DNA of 36,343 bases from Candidatus Wolfebacteria bacterium (GTDB taxonomy: Bacteria; Patescibacteriota; Minisyncoccia; UBA6257; UBA9933): assembly GCA_016933365.1 (NCBI GenBank), contig JAFGBB010000032.1:1-36343 (forward strand), in the 5' to 3' direction. Each line of letters starts with the position of its first letter. Position 1 is the first letter of the stretch. Positions 1-10,167 of this stretch are shown in pieces. The notes beneath the pieces were generated by a model, which ran no database searches, was not told the DNA's origin, and saw only the letters and a list, made by a program, of their open reading frames with translations. The translations under genes were made by a program, and so were the position numbers.

Positions 1-50
1 AAGTCGAGCGTATTGGTTTAGGAAGAAGCACAAGATATAGAAAATTATGA
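1..50 (+). CDS. 3' end of an upstream gene (partial), possibly a Fic-family or winged-helix C-terminus
   Basis: Frame from nt 3 reads VERIGLGRSTRYRKL*. Its TGA (48-50) overlaps the radC ATG (ATGA). G-x-G-R-S-T-R-Y is typical of C-terminal wHTH wings. Confidence 0.45.
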   Translation, partial: VERIGLGRSTRYRKL

Positions 51-709
51 AAATAAAAGATCTTCCAAAAGTTGATAGGCCGCGAGAAAAACTGGAAAAA
101 TACGGACCCGAAAAATTATCTGACTCGGAGCTTTTGGCCATTCTTTTAAGAACTGGTAGTAAAGGCATAAATGTAGTTGAGTTGGCCAGAAAGATTTTAG
201 GTAAGTTCAGTGGAAGCGGCTTGGCCAAGGCCGGCTTTAATGATTTAAAGAATACTTTTGGCCTTGGTGCGGCTAAGGCCTGTGAGATTGTAGCTTGTTT
301 TGAATTAGGCCGCCGGCTTCTGCAAAATAAGAAAAGTCAGATTTATCTAACTCCCAAGGATGTTTGGAATGAATTAAAGGATATTCGGGACAATAAAAAG
401 GAACATTTCGTCATTTTCTTTTTAGATGCGCGTAATCAGGAAATAAAAAGAGAGATTATTTCAGTTGGCTCCCTCAATGCCAATCTGGTTCATCCACGAG
501 AAGTATTTGAGCCAGCCGTACGCCATTTGGCCGCACAAGTAATTCTGGCGCATAATCATCCAGCCGGGGACTTGAAGCCATCTGAACAGGATATCGAAAT
601 CACTAAACGGCTTGTTGAGGCCGGCGATGTTTTAGGAATAGATATTGTGGATCATATCATTGTGACTCAAAATAGATTTTTAAGTTTTAAGCAAAAGAAA
701 TTAATATAA
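47..709 (+). CDS. radC: RadC family protein (JAB domain), copy 1
   Basis: RPREKL, ELLAILLRTG, VHPREVF, AHNHPAG and DH motifs; 220 aa. Confidence 0.95.
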   Translation: MKIKDLPKVDRPREKLEKYGPEKLSDSELLAILLRTGSKGINVVELARKILGKFSGSGLAKAGFNDLKNTFGLGAAKACEIVACFELGRRLLQNKKSQIYLTPKDVWNELKDIRDNKKEHFVIFFLDARNQEIKREIISVGSLNANLVHPREVFEPAVRHLAAQVILAHNHPAGDLKPSEQDIEITKRLVEAGDVLGIDIVDHIIVTQNRFLSFKQKKLI

Positions 710-714
710 TTTTT

Positions 715-2463
715 ATGTCAAAGCGATTATATAAATCAAAAAAAGAAGAAATCAAAACCCAGAAAACTGGCACTTATTTTAATGCTAAAAATTCAGATAA
801 AAAGTCCTATGAGACTTACACCAAAGAGGATTTAATTGCAGAGGTTGAGCAGTTAAAAAAGCGTAAGCAGTATGGTTTAGTTTGGGAGGAGCAGGAAGAG
901 AAATTTGACAAAGACACGATCGGCAAATTGCCTGTTTTAAGGGAAGTCAAAAACAAAGAGATTAAAAAAGATAAAGATGGGCCGGTAAATCTTCTAATTG
1001 AGGGCGACAACTATCATTCGCTTTCGGTTCTAAATTACACTCACGAAAAATCTATCGATGTTATTTATATCGATCCTCCCTATAACACAGGAGCAAAAGA
1101 TTGGAAATATAACAATCATTATGTTGATATCAATGATGCGTTTCGACATAGCAAGTGGCTATCAATGATGGAAAAGAGGCTGAAGCTCGCAAAAAACCTT
1201 TTGCGAAGTGACGGTGTTTTAATATGCACTATAGATGAAAACGAACAAGCACATTTGGGTGTTTTACTCGAAGAACTGTTCCCAGATCACGAGATACATT
1301 GCATAACAATCGTTCATAATCCAAGAGGTGTTCAGGGCGATAATTTTTCTTATATGCACGAGTATGCATATTTTGTATTTCGTAGGGGATTAAAGGTTAT
1401 TGGAAGCAAACAGCGCGACGAAGTATTGGAAGAAGAATTAAGAGATCATGGCGGCGAATCCTTAAGAACGAATGCCAAAAATTGCTTTTACCCAATTCTT
1501 GTAAAGAACGGTCGGATTATAGGTTTCGGCGATGTGCCACATAAAGATTTTCATCCTAAAACAAAAAATGTTTACCGAAAAAAAGATAAAATCATTGAAG
1601 TTTGGCCTGTTGATGTAAAAGGTATTGAGAGAAAATGGGTTTTTGCGCGAAATACCGTTGAAGAAATTAAAGATAAATTATTTGTCAGTACCAAGAAAAA
1701 TGGAGAGATCGATATTTTTAGAAGAAAAGATACCCAAAAACCCAGAACGGTTTGGATTGGTACGAGATATGATGCAAGCACCTTTGGTTCGAAAATTGTA
1801 AATGGTCTTACTGGCACTACATTCCCATTTCCTAAATCTTTATTTAACACAAAAGACTGCCTCGAATGTGTTGTGAAGCAACGCAAGAATGCGGTTGTTC
1901 TTGACTATTTTGCTGGATCTGGAACAACTGGTCACGCGGTAATGTTGCTGAACAAAGATGATGACGGACAACGACAATTTATCCTATGCACGAATAATGA
2001 AAATAATATCGCTGAAGATGTTTGTTATCCGCGGATAAAGAATGTAATCAAGGGTCATAAAGATTACCCAGATATTACTGGAATGCCCGGCAATCTTAAA
2101 TATTACAAAACAGCGTTTGTTGGCGCCACGCCGTCTGATGCAAACAAAAAGAAACTCACGGATCAATCCACTGAAATGCTTTGTATCCGCGAGAATACTT
2201 TTGAGAAAGTTTTAGAAAGAAAACATTTTAAGATTTTCAAGAATAATCAAAAACACACAGGCATTTTATACGACCAAGTAGCAATCCCTGATTTTAAAAA
2301 GGTCGCAAAAACTATCAAGGGCCCGATACACACTTACATTTTCTCATTGGAAGATGAGGATTTTTCGTCTGAGTTTGAAGATATGAATGGCCGCATTGTG
2401 GTGTCGCCAATACCCGAAGTAATTTTAAGAGTTTATCGTAGAATATTTGGCATAAAAATATGA
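715..2463 (+). CDS. mod: Type III restriction-modification DNA methyltransferase (Mod subunit)
   Basis: YGLVWE, LIEGDN, IYIDPPYNTG (motif IV) precede VLDYFAGSGTTGHA (motif I), the beta-class order. ATGA overlap with res. Confidence 0.92.
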   Translation: MSKRLYKSKKEEIKTQKTGTYFNAKNSDKKSYETYTKEDLIAEVEQLKKRKQYGLVWEEQEEKFDKDTIGKLPVLREVKNKEIKKDKDGPVNLLIEGDNYHSLSVLNYTHEKSIDVIYIDPPYNTGAKDWKYNNHYVDINDAFRHSKWLSMMEKRLKLAKNLLRSDGVLICTIDENEQAHLGVLLEELFPDHEIHCITIVHNPRGVQGDNFSYMHEYAYFVFRRGLKVIGSKQRDEVLEEELRDHGGESLRTNAKNCFYPILVKNGRIIGFGDVPHKDFHPKTKNVYRKKDKIIEVWPVDVKGIERKWVFARNTVEEIKDKLFVSTKKNGEIDIFRRKDTQKPRTVWIGTRYDASTFGSKIVNGLTGTTFPFPKSLFNTKDCLECVVKQRKNAVVLDYFAGSGTTGHAVMLLNKDDDGQRQFILCTNNENNIAEDVCYPRIKNVIKGHKDYPDITGMPGNLKYYKTAFVGATPSDANKKKLTDQSTEMLCIRENTFEKVLERKHFKIFKNNQKHTGILYDQVAIPDFKKVAKTIKGPIHTYIFSLEDEDFSSEFEDMNGRIVVSPIPEVILRVYRRIFGIKI

Positions 2464-4646
2464 TTATACTAAGAGATTATCAAAAAGAGGCAGTAGACGA
2501 ACTCAAAGAAAGAACAAATAAATTATTAGACAAACCAAACAATCCGATTTGTATTTTTAAGGCGCCTACTGGTTCGGGCAAGACTATAATGATGGCAGAG
2601 TTTTTGAAGGAATTTATTGAACATCGGGACGATCATCGTTCTTTTGCTTTTATTTGGGCGGCCCCCAGAAAATTACACATTCAAAGCAAAGAAAAACTGG
2701 AGCAGTATTATTCTGACAGCAAAGCACTTCGCTGTTCTTTTTTTGAAGATTTAATGGATAAGAAAATCAGCGAGAGCGAGATTTTATTTTTAAACTGGGA
2801 GAGCATTAATAAGAAAGACAATCTCATTATTCGTGAAAATGAGCAAGAGAATAATTTATCTAAAATTCTTGAAAACACTCGGGAAGACGGACAGGAAATT
2901 ATTTTAATTATTGATGAAAGTCATCATGCGGCGCAGACCGACACTTCACAAAATCTTATTCGGGACATTGACCCCAGAGTAACCATTGAAGTTTCAGCTA
3001 CTCCTCATTTGAGTAGTGATTATAGAGTATTGGTTGAATTTTCTGATGTTAAGCGAGAGGGGATGATTAAAAAAGAGGTAGCAATAAACCCAGAATTTCA
3101 AAACATTAAAGTTAGTGGTAAAAGTGCCGATGAAGTTGTGCTGGATGCCGCCATCGGTAAAAGAAAAGAATTAGTCAAAGCATATAAAGATGAAGGTTCA
3201 GAAATTAATCCCTTGGTCCTTATTCAATTGCCGGATAAAAGAGTCGGTTCTTCGGATAAGAAAGATGAGATTATCGCTTTACTCAAAAAGAAAGGCATTG
3301 CGGTCAATAATGGCAAACTGGCAATTTATCTGTCAGAGGATAAGGAAAATTTGGCCAATATTGCTAAAAGCAACAATGACGCAGAAGTAATGATTTTTAA
3401 ACAAGCGATTGCACTTGGCTGGGATTGTCCTCGGGCCTCCATTTTAGTTTTATTCCGTGATTGGCGAAGTATCATTTTTTCAATTCAAACCATCGGCAGA
3501 ATCATGAGGATGCCGGAATTAAAGCATTACGAGGATCATCAAGAATTGAATCTTGGTTATGTTTATACCAACTTAAGTGATATTAGCATCCATGAAGATT
3601 TGGCCAAAGATTACATCACGATATTTGAGTCTAAGCGCCGGCCGGATTATAAGCCGATAAACTTGGCTTCTTGTCACTCAAAGCGTTTTCGTGAAGAAAC
3701 CCGTTTGGCATCATTTTTTATTCCTATTTTTCTCGATGCCGCCAAAGAATTGCGTTTAAAAGACAAAATTAATTTTAAGGTAAAAACAAGTGTCAGCGAG
3801 CTTATCGCCGAGGGTAAAATAGAAGAATTAGACCATGTTGTCGAGCACATAGAAAAAGCTGGCACGATAGCGATTGACCAGACGGCACTTGAACGACAAA
3901 ACGCTTTCAGTTCATTCATTGCCGAGGCACTCTCGCCCTTATATCCCGAGCCTCGTTCTGTGGGCCGGATTAGAGATTCTATTTACCGCTTCTTTTTAGC
4001 GGCTTTCAAGATGAATTACGAAGACGAGCAGGAGAAAATAATGAACATTGTTTTAAATAAACAAAACAGAGAATTTTTTAGAAATGTAATTGATCGGGCT
4101 AAAGAGTTATATCTTGAGAAAGTTGGCCGGGGTAAAAAGGAATTAATCACTGATGAAGAATGGGATATTCCGATAAGACTTAATTATAATAGTTTTTTTG
4201 AAGAGAAGAAATACAAAAACTCAATCATGCAACCTTTCTTCTACGATACCCGGGAGAGTCGGCGCTGGAAGACGGAAGAAGATTTTATTAAACATCTTGA
4301 AAAAGCTGGCGGCATTGATTGGTGGTTCAAAAATGGAGATCGCGATGCTACCTATTTTGCCGTGTCCTATACCGAAGCTGGCATAGATATGCCCTTCTAT
4401 GTTGACTTCATTGTGAAAATGAAAGACGGCCGGATTGGCTTGTTTGATACTAAGTCGGGCATCACCGCTAAAGTCGCCGGGCCTAAGGCCGAGGGCTTAG
4501 CTAAATACATCAAAGAGCAGAATAGGAAGGGTAGGAAACTATTTGGCGGTATTGCGACTCAAAAAGACAGCAATTGGCTTTATAATGACAGCGAGAAATA
4601 CGATGAAACCGATCCAAAACAATGGCAAATTTTGGATTTAGATTAA
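2460..4646 (+). CDS. res: Type III restriction endonuclease (Res subunit): SF2 helicase plus PD-(D/E)XK nuclease
   Basis: LRDYQ, APTGSGKT, IIDESHH, SAT, GWDCP, QTIGRIMR; C-terminal FYVDFIV...FDTK. Confidence 0.9.
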   Translation: MIILRDYQKEAVDELKERTNKLLDKPNNPICIFKAPTGSGKTIMMAEFLKEFIEHRDDHRSFAFIWAAPRKLHIQSKEKLEQYYSDSKALRCSFFEDLMDKKISESEILFLNWESINKKDNLIIRENEQENNLSKILENTREDGQEIILIIDESHHAAQTDTSQNLIRDIDPRVTIEVSATPHLSSDYRVLVEFSDVKREGMIKKEVAINPEFQNIKVSGKSADEVVLDAAIGKRKELVKAYKDEGSEINPLVLIQLPDKRVGSSDKKDEIIALLKKKGIAVNNGKLAIYLSEDKENLANIAKSNNDAEVMIFKQAIALGWDCPRASILVLFRDWRSIIFSIQTIGRIMRMPELKHYEDHQELNLGYVYTNLSDISIHEDLAKDYITIFESKRRPDYKPINLASCHSKRFREETRLASFFIPIFLDAAKELRLKDKINFKVKTSVSELIAEGKIEELDHVVEHIEKAGTIAIDQTALERQNAFSSFIAEALSPLYPEPRSVGRIRDSIYRFFLAAFKMNYEDEQEKIMNIVLNKQNREFFRNVIDRAKELYLEKVGRGKKELITDEEWDIPIRLNYNSFFEEKKYKNSIMQPFFYDTRESRRWKTEEDFIKHLEKAGGIDWWFKNGDRDATYFAVSYTEAGIDMPFYVDFIVKMKDGRIGLFDTKSGITAKVAGPKAEGLAKYIKEQNRKGRKLFGGIATQKDSNWLYNDSEKYDETDPKQWQILDLD

Positions 4647-4656
4647 ATAAATTTTC

Positions 4657-7600
4657 ATGACGAAATCTAAAAATAATAGAGTAAACGAATTGGTCGAAAT
4701 CAACTTCGACCAATTTAGGATAAAGAACCCAAATTTCAGAGAGTCTTTTGAACAACTTTGTTATTATTTATTTTGTAGAAGGTTCAAGATAACAAAAGGA
4801 ATACTCCGTCATAAAAATCAGATTGGCATAGAAACAGAACCAGTTAAGGTTGATAAGCAATATATTGGATTCGAGTGTAAATTTTTTGAGAATAAGATTG
4901 ATACGAATGAATTAGTTAAAAAAATCAAAAAAGCAAAAGAGAAAAACCCCAAAATTACTAAGATTATCTTCTATCTAAATCAAGATTTTTTATCAGAAAG
5001 CCAAAAGAAGGGGCAGAAAAAATCAACTAAAATGTTAGAGATCGAAAAGGTAGCGAGCGAACAGAAAGTTGAGATTGAATGGGTTGTAAAAAGTCATTTC
5101 GAAATTTTACTTAACCAACCGTCAAACCTAGATTTGGCGGAGTTGTTTTTTGATGTCGGCGATGAGTTGGGTTTTATTAAAAACTATGCAAATCCAGATA
5201 TTCTTACTTTCCTTCAGTCAAAAGAATATATTAATTTGCCACTTCTTCATCAGGGGAAATCCTTAAGGTTTCCATCAGCCAGCATCTTAAAAAGTTTAAA
5301 GACAACTTTTTTAATTACGGGATGCCCGGGCTCTGGAAAGACTATCTTGATGCACAAATTGTTTCAAGAATTTGGCGGGCTAAACAAAAATAAAAATGAA
5401 CAGATGATTCGGGTTCTTCAAAAAAATTCAGCCGTGCCAATGTTGGTGAATTTAAAGAATTGTATCAGTGATAGTTTAGAAAATATTTTAAGAAATAGAC
5501 AAAACGATAGCAGGGTAAGAGGGCGAACACTAGGCTTTGTTTATATTTTTGACGGTTTAGACGAATTAAGCGAAGAGAAGGCCGATAATATGCTTGCATA
5601 TATGCGAGAACTTGAACAGCAGGATAATACAAAGAGGATTATTATTTCGTGCCGATCTGGCAACTTAAACAGGATTAAATTAAAAGTCTATCTGCCAAAT
5701 ATTATTGAATATGCAATAGCTGATCTCGAGATAAAACATATTAATCAGTATTTTGATGCAAAGGAAAATACATTAAAAAAGAAATTGCTATTAAGGCTCC
5801 AGAAAAATAACCAAGAACTTTTAAGTGAAATAAAAGATATACTTATGACGCGGTTGCTTTGGGATACCATAGTCAACTTGGATTCGCAAAGTGGCATTAT
5901 AGATTTACTGGAGAAGAAAATAGAGCTTTTATTGAATGATCCAAATCATAAGAAAAATATCGCAGAGTTGAACCTATTGAATCCTAAGGGTGAAAATTTA
6001 ATCACATTAAATCAAGATATTGCCTTTGAATTTCAGAAAAAATTCCAATTCAGATACTCGCAGAAGGAATTATACAACATTATTTTGGCTAAATTTCCAC
6101 GCCTTGATTATAGATCGGCGAATGAGCTTTTAAACTATCTTGCCGATCTATTTTTTGAATCTGAGTATACCCCAACCGAACGAAATCGCAGTTTCGTTTA
6201 TCAACATCGCAGATATCAAGAATTTTTCTTTGTTCAGAAATTAAAATCAAAGTATGAAAACAATCCAAAATCTCTGAGAGAATTAAATGTTTTATCGAAT
6301 CGAGATTTTCTTGAGAAATTATTTTTACGATATATGCGTAAACAATATGGGTTAGCGAGAAATTTAATTGGGATGATTGAAATGAATTTAATAGATGTAT
6401 ATTTAGGAAAACATAGCGGATACGGAGTGGATGACGCTTATTATTTAAACTCCGCTGCATTTATACCCTCGCTTGCAAGCCAAGAGAACCAATTATTCAT
6501 CCAGTTATTTGAGGATAATAATCTGGCGCTATCAGAAAAGATTAAAGTTGATTTAAAAGTAGTCAGAGATTATTTTGCGAAGTGGAAAAAAGATAAAGAT
6601 AATTTTAGAACTACCAATTATTTAAAAAGCATTTGGGAAAATGGTATAGCCTCTTTACTAACTAATGCCGCAGTCTTTTGGAGGGCCGGGAAGAAAAATT
6701 TGGCCATCCACCTTCTTAATGATATGAGCTCTTTGCAAAAGTTATATTCCAATAATAAGTTTCGCAAAGGTCTTCGCAAAGAGGATCATTTAAGAGATCC
6801 TTTTTGGGAAAGATGGGAAGATTATTTATATATTCTTATAGTTATCGATAACAAGACTCCAAAGAAAATTTTGGATAATCTTGTTAGGAAAAATTACAAA
6901 ATATTTTCAAGTGATCGCCCCTTCTCGTCTCAAGAAGAAGGTAAAGAAAAGTTGTTAAAATCGTTCTTCAGAGTTTGTCTGCGTGATAAAGCGAACGCTT
7001 TATTTAGGCTTATCGATACTTTTGACGAATTTGAATTCTCATCTTTTTTAGATGTTTTACTATCTATTGAATTCTTGCCGGCATTCATCAAGAATAAATC
7101 AATACACAAAAAAATTGCTTCCTTTTTACAGGATTTACATTCAGATTTAAATGAGAAAAACTATTTTATGACTTTTTATAAAAATTATTTTGGCATCAAA
7201 TTATCTAAAAAAGAAAGAAAATATTTAGAAACCGAACTTTCAAAATTAAGAAATGAAAGGAAGGTCGATTGGCATTTTCATCAAGCACCATTCAAATTTG
7301 CTATCATTTCTTATGTTTTAGCCAAAAACACTTTTGATGAATTGTTAAAGGATGCATCTGAGAACTCACCGTTTCGATATTATGACGAGTTAGCTTTATA
7401 TTCGGCTTTGTTCGCAGATTTTATAAGCTTGCTTTCTGAGAAAAAGAATATTGAGACAATAACAAGGGACTATCTTGCTTATGTAAATATTCATGATCAA
7501 CGATTGGGATTATATTTAAAAGTAGATATTTCTTTTTTGTGGGCCTATATTTTAACATATAGCAAAACAACTAATGATCGATTAAGAAATATCAAAAATC

Positions 7601-8928
7601 GCCTTATGATTACCGATAATAATATTGTTCCTTTTAGTTTTTGTTTAAAATTAAATCAATTAAATCCGTTGTTGCTTTGTTCTCTGTATAATGAAAATGA
7701 GATATCAGAATTTGAGAGTGTGCTGAAAGACATCGATGATTATTATGAATACATTAATGATTGTTTTTATCTATCCTCGTTTTTTTCTAAATTAAACAAG
7801 GAAAAGGCACGATTTTATTTCGTAAAGGGTATAAATGATGGCATATTGCGGCATGGCTACAGAAAAGATGTTATTGTGAGTTATTTACTCGTTGATGCTT
7901 TAGAGATCCTGTGGCGTAATAATTGGGAATCAAAAGAAAAACTCAAAGAATACACAAAGGCGGTATTTAATTTAGCGATGCGTGTAACTAAAATTAGCGA
8001 CGGGGCGGAAACATGGAGGGGCCCCTATAATGTGATTGATTTGATCGCAAAATACGATATTACCTTGGCGGAAGAATACAAAAAAGAACTAATTGCCGCA
8101 AAGGGTCATTCAAATTTCTCGAATTCGGTTATAACCTCTATCTTAATCGGGAAAGCCGAGAATGGTTTTCCGATCGAGGACATTGAAAGTGGAATGCAAA
8201 AGTATAGAAAAGATTACGATTACGAAAATAAGCCGTATACTGATACATACGAGCAAAAATTCAAAGTCTATTTGGGAATAGCTAAAAGTGGTTTATATAC
8301 CGAACAGCAAAAAAAAGAGGCATTTCAAAAAGCCTTCGATCAGGTTGAAGAAATGAAGAAAGCCGGAGTTACTTATTATCTGAGAGATATGGATTTTAAA
8401 GAGGAAAAAAATGACTTTAAAAAACTATGTAAGCAATACAATAAAACTTGCAATGTCTCTTTTGATGAGAAAAAAGAAGAATATCATATAAAAAGCAAAA
8501 TGTCAGAAAAAGATTTTATTAACAATGTGAGGAAAGCGAAAACAAAGCCAGCGATAAGGGGGTTATACGCCAGATTAAAAAATTATAAAAATGGGATTGA
8601 ATTAAAAAAACAAGAATCTTGGAAAATATTGATTAAAAAAACAGCCGAAATCACTGGTAATATAAAATTATTTGTAGATTTAATTCGGGATAATAGTTTC
8701 CCGCATACTGATTTTATGACACAAAATTCTAAGCATTTCCATTTTGGAGTTGCGGCCGCACTTGAAGATATTGGCATTAAAAACGAAATTCTTAATTATC
8801 TTTTTAAGAATACGGGGCATGGCGGTTTTATCAATATAATGAAGTCCTATGAAGTTAATGAAGATAAGGAAATGTGCAGAAAGTTATTCAGGAGATATCT
8901 TTTGTTTTGCGATTTATTGGTTAACTAA
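4657..8928 (+). CDS. Avs4-like (AVAST) antiphage STAND NTPase with N-terminal Mrr-like nuclease
   Basis: N-terminus (FEQLCYYLFCRRF...RHKNQIGIETEPV...IGFECKFF...KIIFYLNQ) matches the Avs4 nuclease pattern as I recall it. Walker A GCPGSGKT, Walker B YIFDGLDE, IIISCR, YQHRRYQEFF; long helical C-terminus; 1423 aa. Confidence 0.8.
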   Translation: MTKSKNNRVNELVEINFDQFRIKNPNFRESFEQLCYYLFCRRFKITKGILRHKNQIGIETEPVKVDKQYIGFECKFFENKIDTNELVKKIKKAKEKNPKITKIIFYLNQDFLSESQKKGQKKSTKMLEIEKVASEQKVEIEWVVKSHFEILLNQPSNLDLAELFFDVGDELGFIKNYANPDILTFLQSKEYINLPLLHQGKSLRFPSASILKSLKTTFLITGCPGSGKTILMHKLFQEFGGLNKNKNEQMIRVLQKNSAVPMLVNLKNCISDSLENILRNRQNDSRVRGRTLGFVYIFDGLDELSEEKADNMLAYMRELEQQDNTKRIIISCRSGNLNRIKLKVYLPNIIEYAIADLEIKHINQYFDAKENTLKKKLLLRLQKNNQELLSEIKDILMTRLLWDTIVNLDSQSGIIDLLEKKIELLLNDPNHKKNIAELNLLNPKGENLITLNQDIAFEFQKKFQFRYSQKELYNIILAKFPRLDYRSANELLNYLADLFFESEYTPTERNRSFVYQHRRYQEFFFVQKLKSKYENNPKSLRELNVLSNRDFLEKLFLRYMRKQYGLARNLIGMIEMNLIDVYLGKHSGYGVDDAYYLNSAAFIPSLASQENQLFIQLFEDNNLALSEKIKVDLKVVRDYFAKWKKDKDNFRTTNYLKSIWENGIASLLTNAAVFWRAGKKNLAIHLLNDMSSLQKLYSNNKFRKGLRKEDHLRDPFWERWEDYLYILIVIDNKTPKKILDNLVRKNYKIFSSDRPFSSQEEGKEKLLKSFFRVCLRDKANALFRLIDTFDEFEFSSFLDVLLSIEFLPAFIKNKSIHKKIASFLQDLHSDLNEKNYFMTFYKNYFGIKLSKKERKYLETELSKLRNERKVDWHFHQAPFKFAIISYVLAKNTFDELLKDASENSPFRYYDELALYSALFADFISLLSEKKNIETITRDYLAYVNIHDQRLGLYLKVDISFLWAYILTYSKTTNDRLRNIKNRLMITDNNIVPFSFCLKLNQLNPLLLCSLYNENEISEFESVLKDIDDYYEYINDCFYLSSFFSKLNKEKARFYFVKGINDGILRHGYRKDVIVSYLLVDALEILWRNNWESKEKLKEYTKAVFNLAMRVTKISDGAETWRGPYNVIDLIAKYDITLAEEYKKELIAAKGHSNFSNSVITSILIGKAENGFPIEDIESGMQKYRKDYDYENKPYTDTYEQKFKVYLGIAKSGLYTEQQKKEAFQKAFDQVEEMKKAGVTYYLRDMDFKEEKNDFKKLCKQYNKTCNVSFDEKKEEYHIKSKMSEKDFINNVRKAKTKPAIRGLYARLKNYKNGIELKKQESWKILIKKTAEITGNIKLFVDLIRDNSFPHTDFMTQNSKHFHFGVAAALEDIGIKNEILNYLFKNTGHGGFINIMKSYEVNEDKEMCRKLFRRYLLFCDLLVN

Positions 8929-9096
8929 TAGGATATCTCTCACTAAATGGGCGAATTTGGGGGTAGAATAGAGTGATTACGGCCGGAGGGCGTATTCGCG
9001 GCGGGTGGCTTTAATCAGGTTCATTTTCTCTTTAAGCGAGGCAATATACATCCAATCTTCTAAGGTTTGCATAAAACTTGGGCTCGGGAGCTAATA

Positions 9097-9124
9097 AAAA
9101 AAACCAACAAAAGTTGGTTTTTTT
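9097..9124. terminator. Bidirectional intrinsic terminator-like hairpin
   Basis: A-run-CCAAC-AAAA-GTTGG-T-run. Confidence 0.6.
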
Positions 9125-9338
9125 ATAAGGTATATACAAAAAAACAGAAAATTTTTCTGTTTTGCCTGTCCGCCGTATTGAAGGATGTTTCTCTTATTCA
9201 GAAAAAAGCGGAAACGCTTTATTTAAATTCGCAAAAGGGCAAAAAGGAAGGGGGTTGGGGGATGCCCCGAAGGAGTTACTCCGCGATCTTACGGGGTAAA
9301 AAATTTTTTGCCTGCCTGCTCTGCCTGCCGAAGGTGCG

Positions 9339-9493
9339 ACTGGGTTGGTCGGACGGGAGATGGCTATAAGTACGACTACTGTTTTGTATTGAATAACCTT
9401 TTACCATCTGTTGAAAAATGTTATTATTTACACGAACCAAGAAACGAAAGGTTAAGCGATCACTCCGCTATTATTTTAAATTTAAATTTATGA
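9339..9493 (+). pseudogene. 3' fragment of an exonuclease III / EEP-family gene
   Basis: Reads WVGRTGDGYKYDYCFV...RLSDHSAIILNL*, with EEP C-terminal D and SDH motifs. No N-terminal part. Stop overlaps the CYTH ATG. Confidence 0.7.
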
Positions 9494-10050
9494 ATATTGA
9501 AGTAGAAATAAAAATTGAGATAAATAATTTTGAGGATATTAAAACAAAAGTGGTTGCTATAGGAAAGTTGATAAAATCAATAAGACAAATTGATGATTAT
9601 TTTATCCCCAGCCACAGGGATTTTTTTGCTCAAAAACCATGTCCAACAGAATGGTTACGCATAAGAACTAATCCTGATAAAGTAATTTTTGAATATGATA
9701 AGGCTGTAAATATGACAACGAACGGTGATTACGACTATGCGGAGGAATATGAAACAGTAATTTTTGACGCAGATGAACTCAGAAAAATATTAAACTTTTT
9801 AGATTTTAAAAAAGTGGTGACAATTGATAAGCAAAGGGAATATTGGGACTGCGGATACGTAGAAGTCGCGCTAGATAAAATTAAAGGATTAGGTACTTTT
9901 ATTGAGGTAGAAGCAAAAGGAAATTTTAAGGACGCCACACAAGCCAAACATGCCTGCTTTAAATTTTTAAAAGAATTAGGAATTGAAAACGCCGAAAACA
10001 AGGAAATTAAAAAAGGCTACCCCGTTTTATTTTTAGAAAAAAATAATTAA
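9490..10050 (+). CDS. CYTH-domain protein (class IV adenylate cyclase / triphosphatase family)
   Basis: Start reassigned to ATG 9490. EVEIK (ExExK), QIDDYF, WLRIR, KQREYW, LDKIKGLGTFIEVE, KGY. Confidence 0.88.
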   Translation: MNIEVEIKIEINNFEDIKTKVVAIGKLIKSIRQIDDYFIPSHRDFFAQKPCPTEWLRIRTNPDKVIFEYDKAVNMTTNGDYDYAEEYETVIFDADELRKILNFLDFKKVVTIDKQREYWDCGYVEVALDKIKGLGTFIEVEAKGNFKDATQAKHACFKFLKELGIENAENKEIKKGYPVLFLEKNN

Positions 10051-10062
10051 ACCGATATATTT

Positions 10063-10167
10063 ATGGCAACAATAAAGAAAAAAATCCGACCAGAGTATTT
10101 TGAACTTGTGTCTTCGGGCAAAAAGAAGTTTGAATTACGCTTGGCAGATTTTGATGTTCTGGATTAA
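10063..10167 (+). pseudogene. 5' fragment of a DUF3850/ASCH-like gene
   Basis: MATIKKKIRPEYFELVSSGKKKFELRLADFDVLD* is the typical DUF3850 N-terminus, truncated at 34 aa. Confidence 0.7.

Noticed and set aside
816..8777. Short alternative-frame and antisense ORFs inside mod, res and the Avs-like gene
   Set aside because: Fully nested in long motif-bearing genes, with no recognisable motifs; shadow ORFs.
9064..9091. Possible tRNA 3'-half remnant (GGTTTG...GGGAGC)
   Set aside because: No proper T-arm or cloverleaf; too degenerate to call. No tRNA or rRNA was found in the window.
9067..9369. 100-aa ORF after the defence island
   Set aside because: TTG start, runs through a terminator and hairpin elements, no protein motifs.
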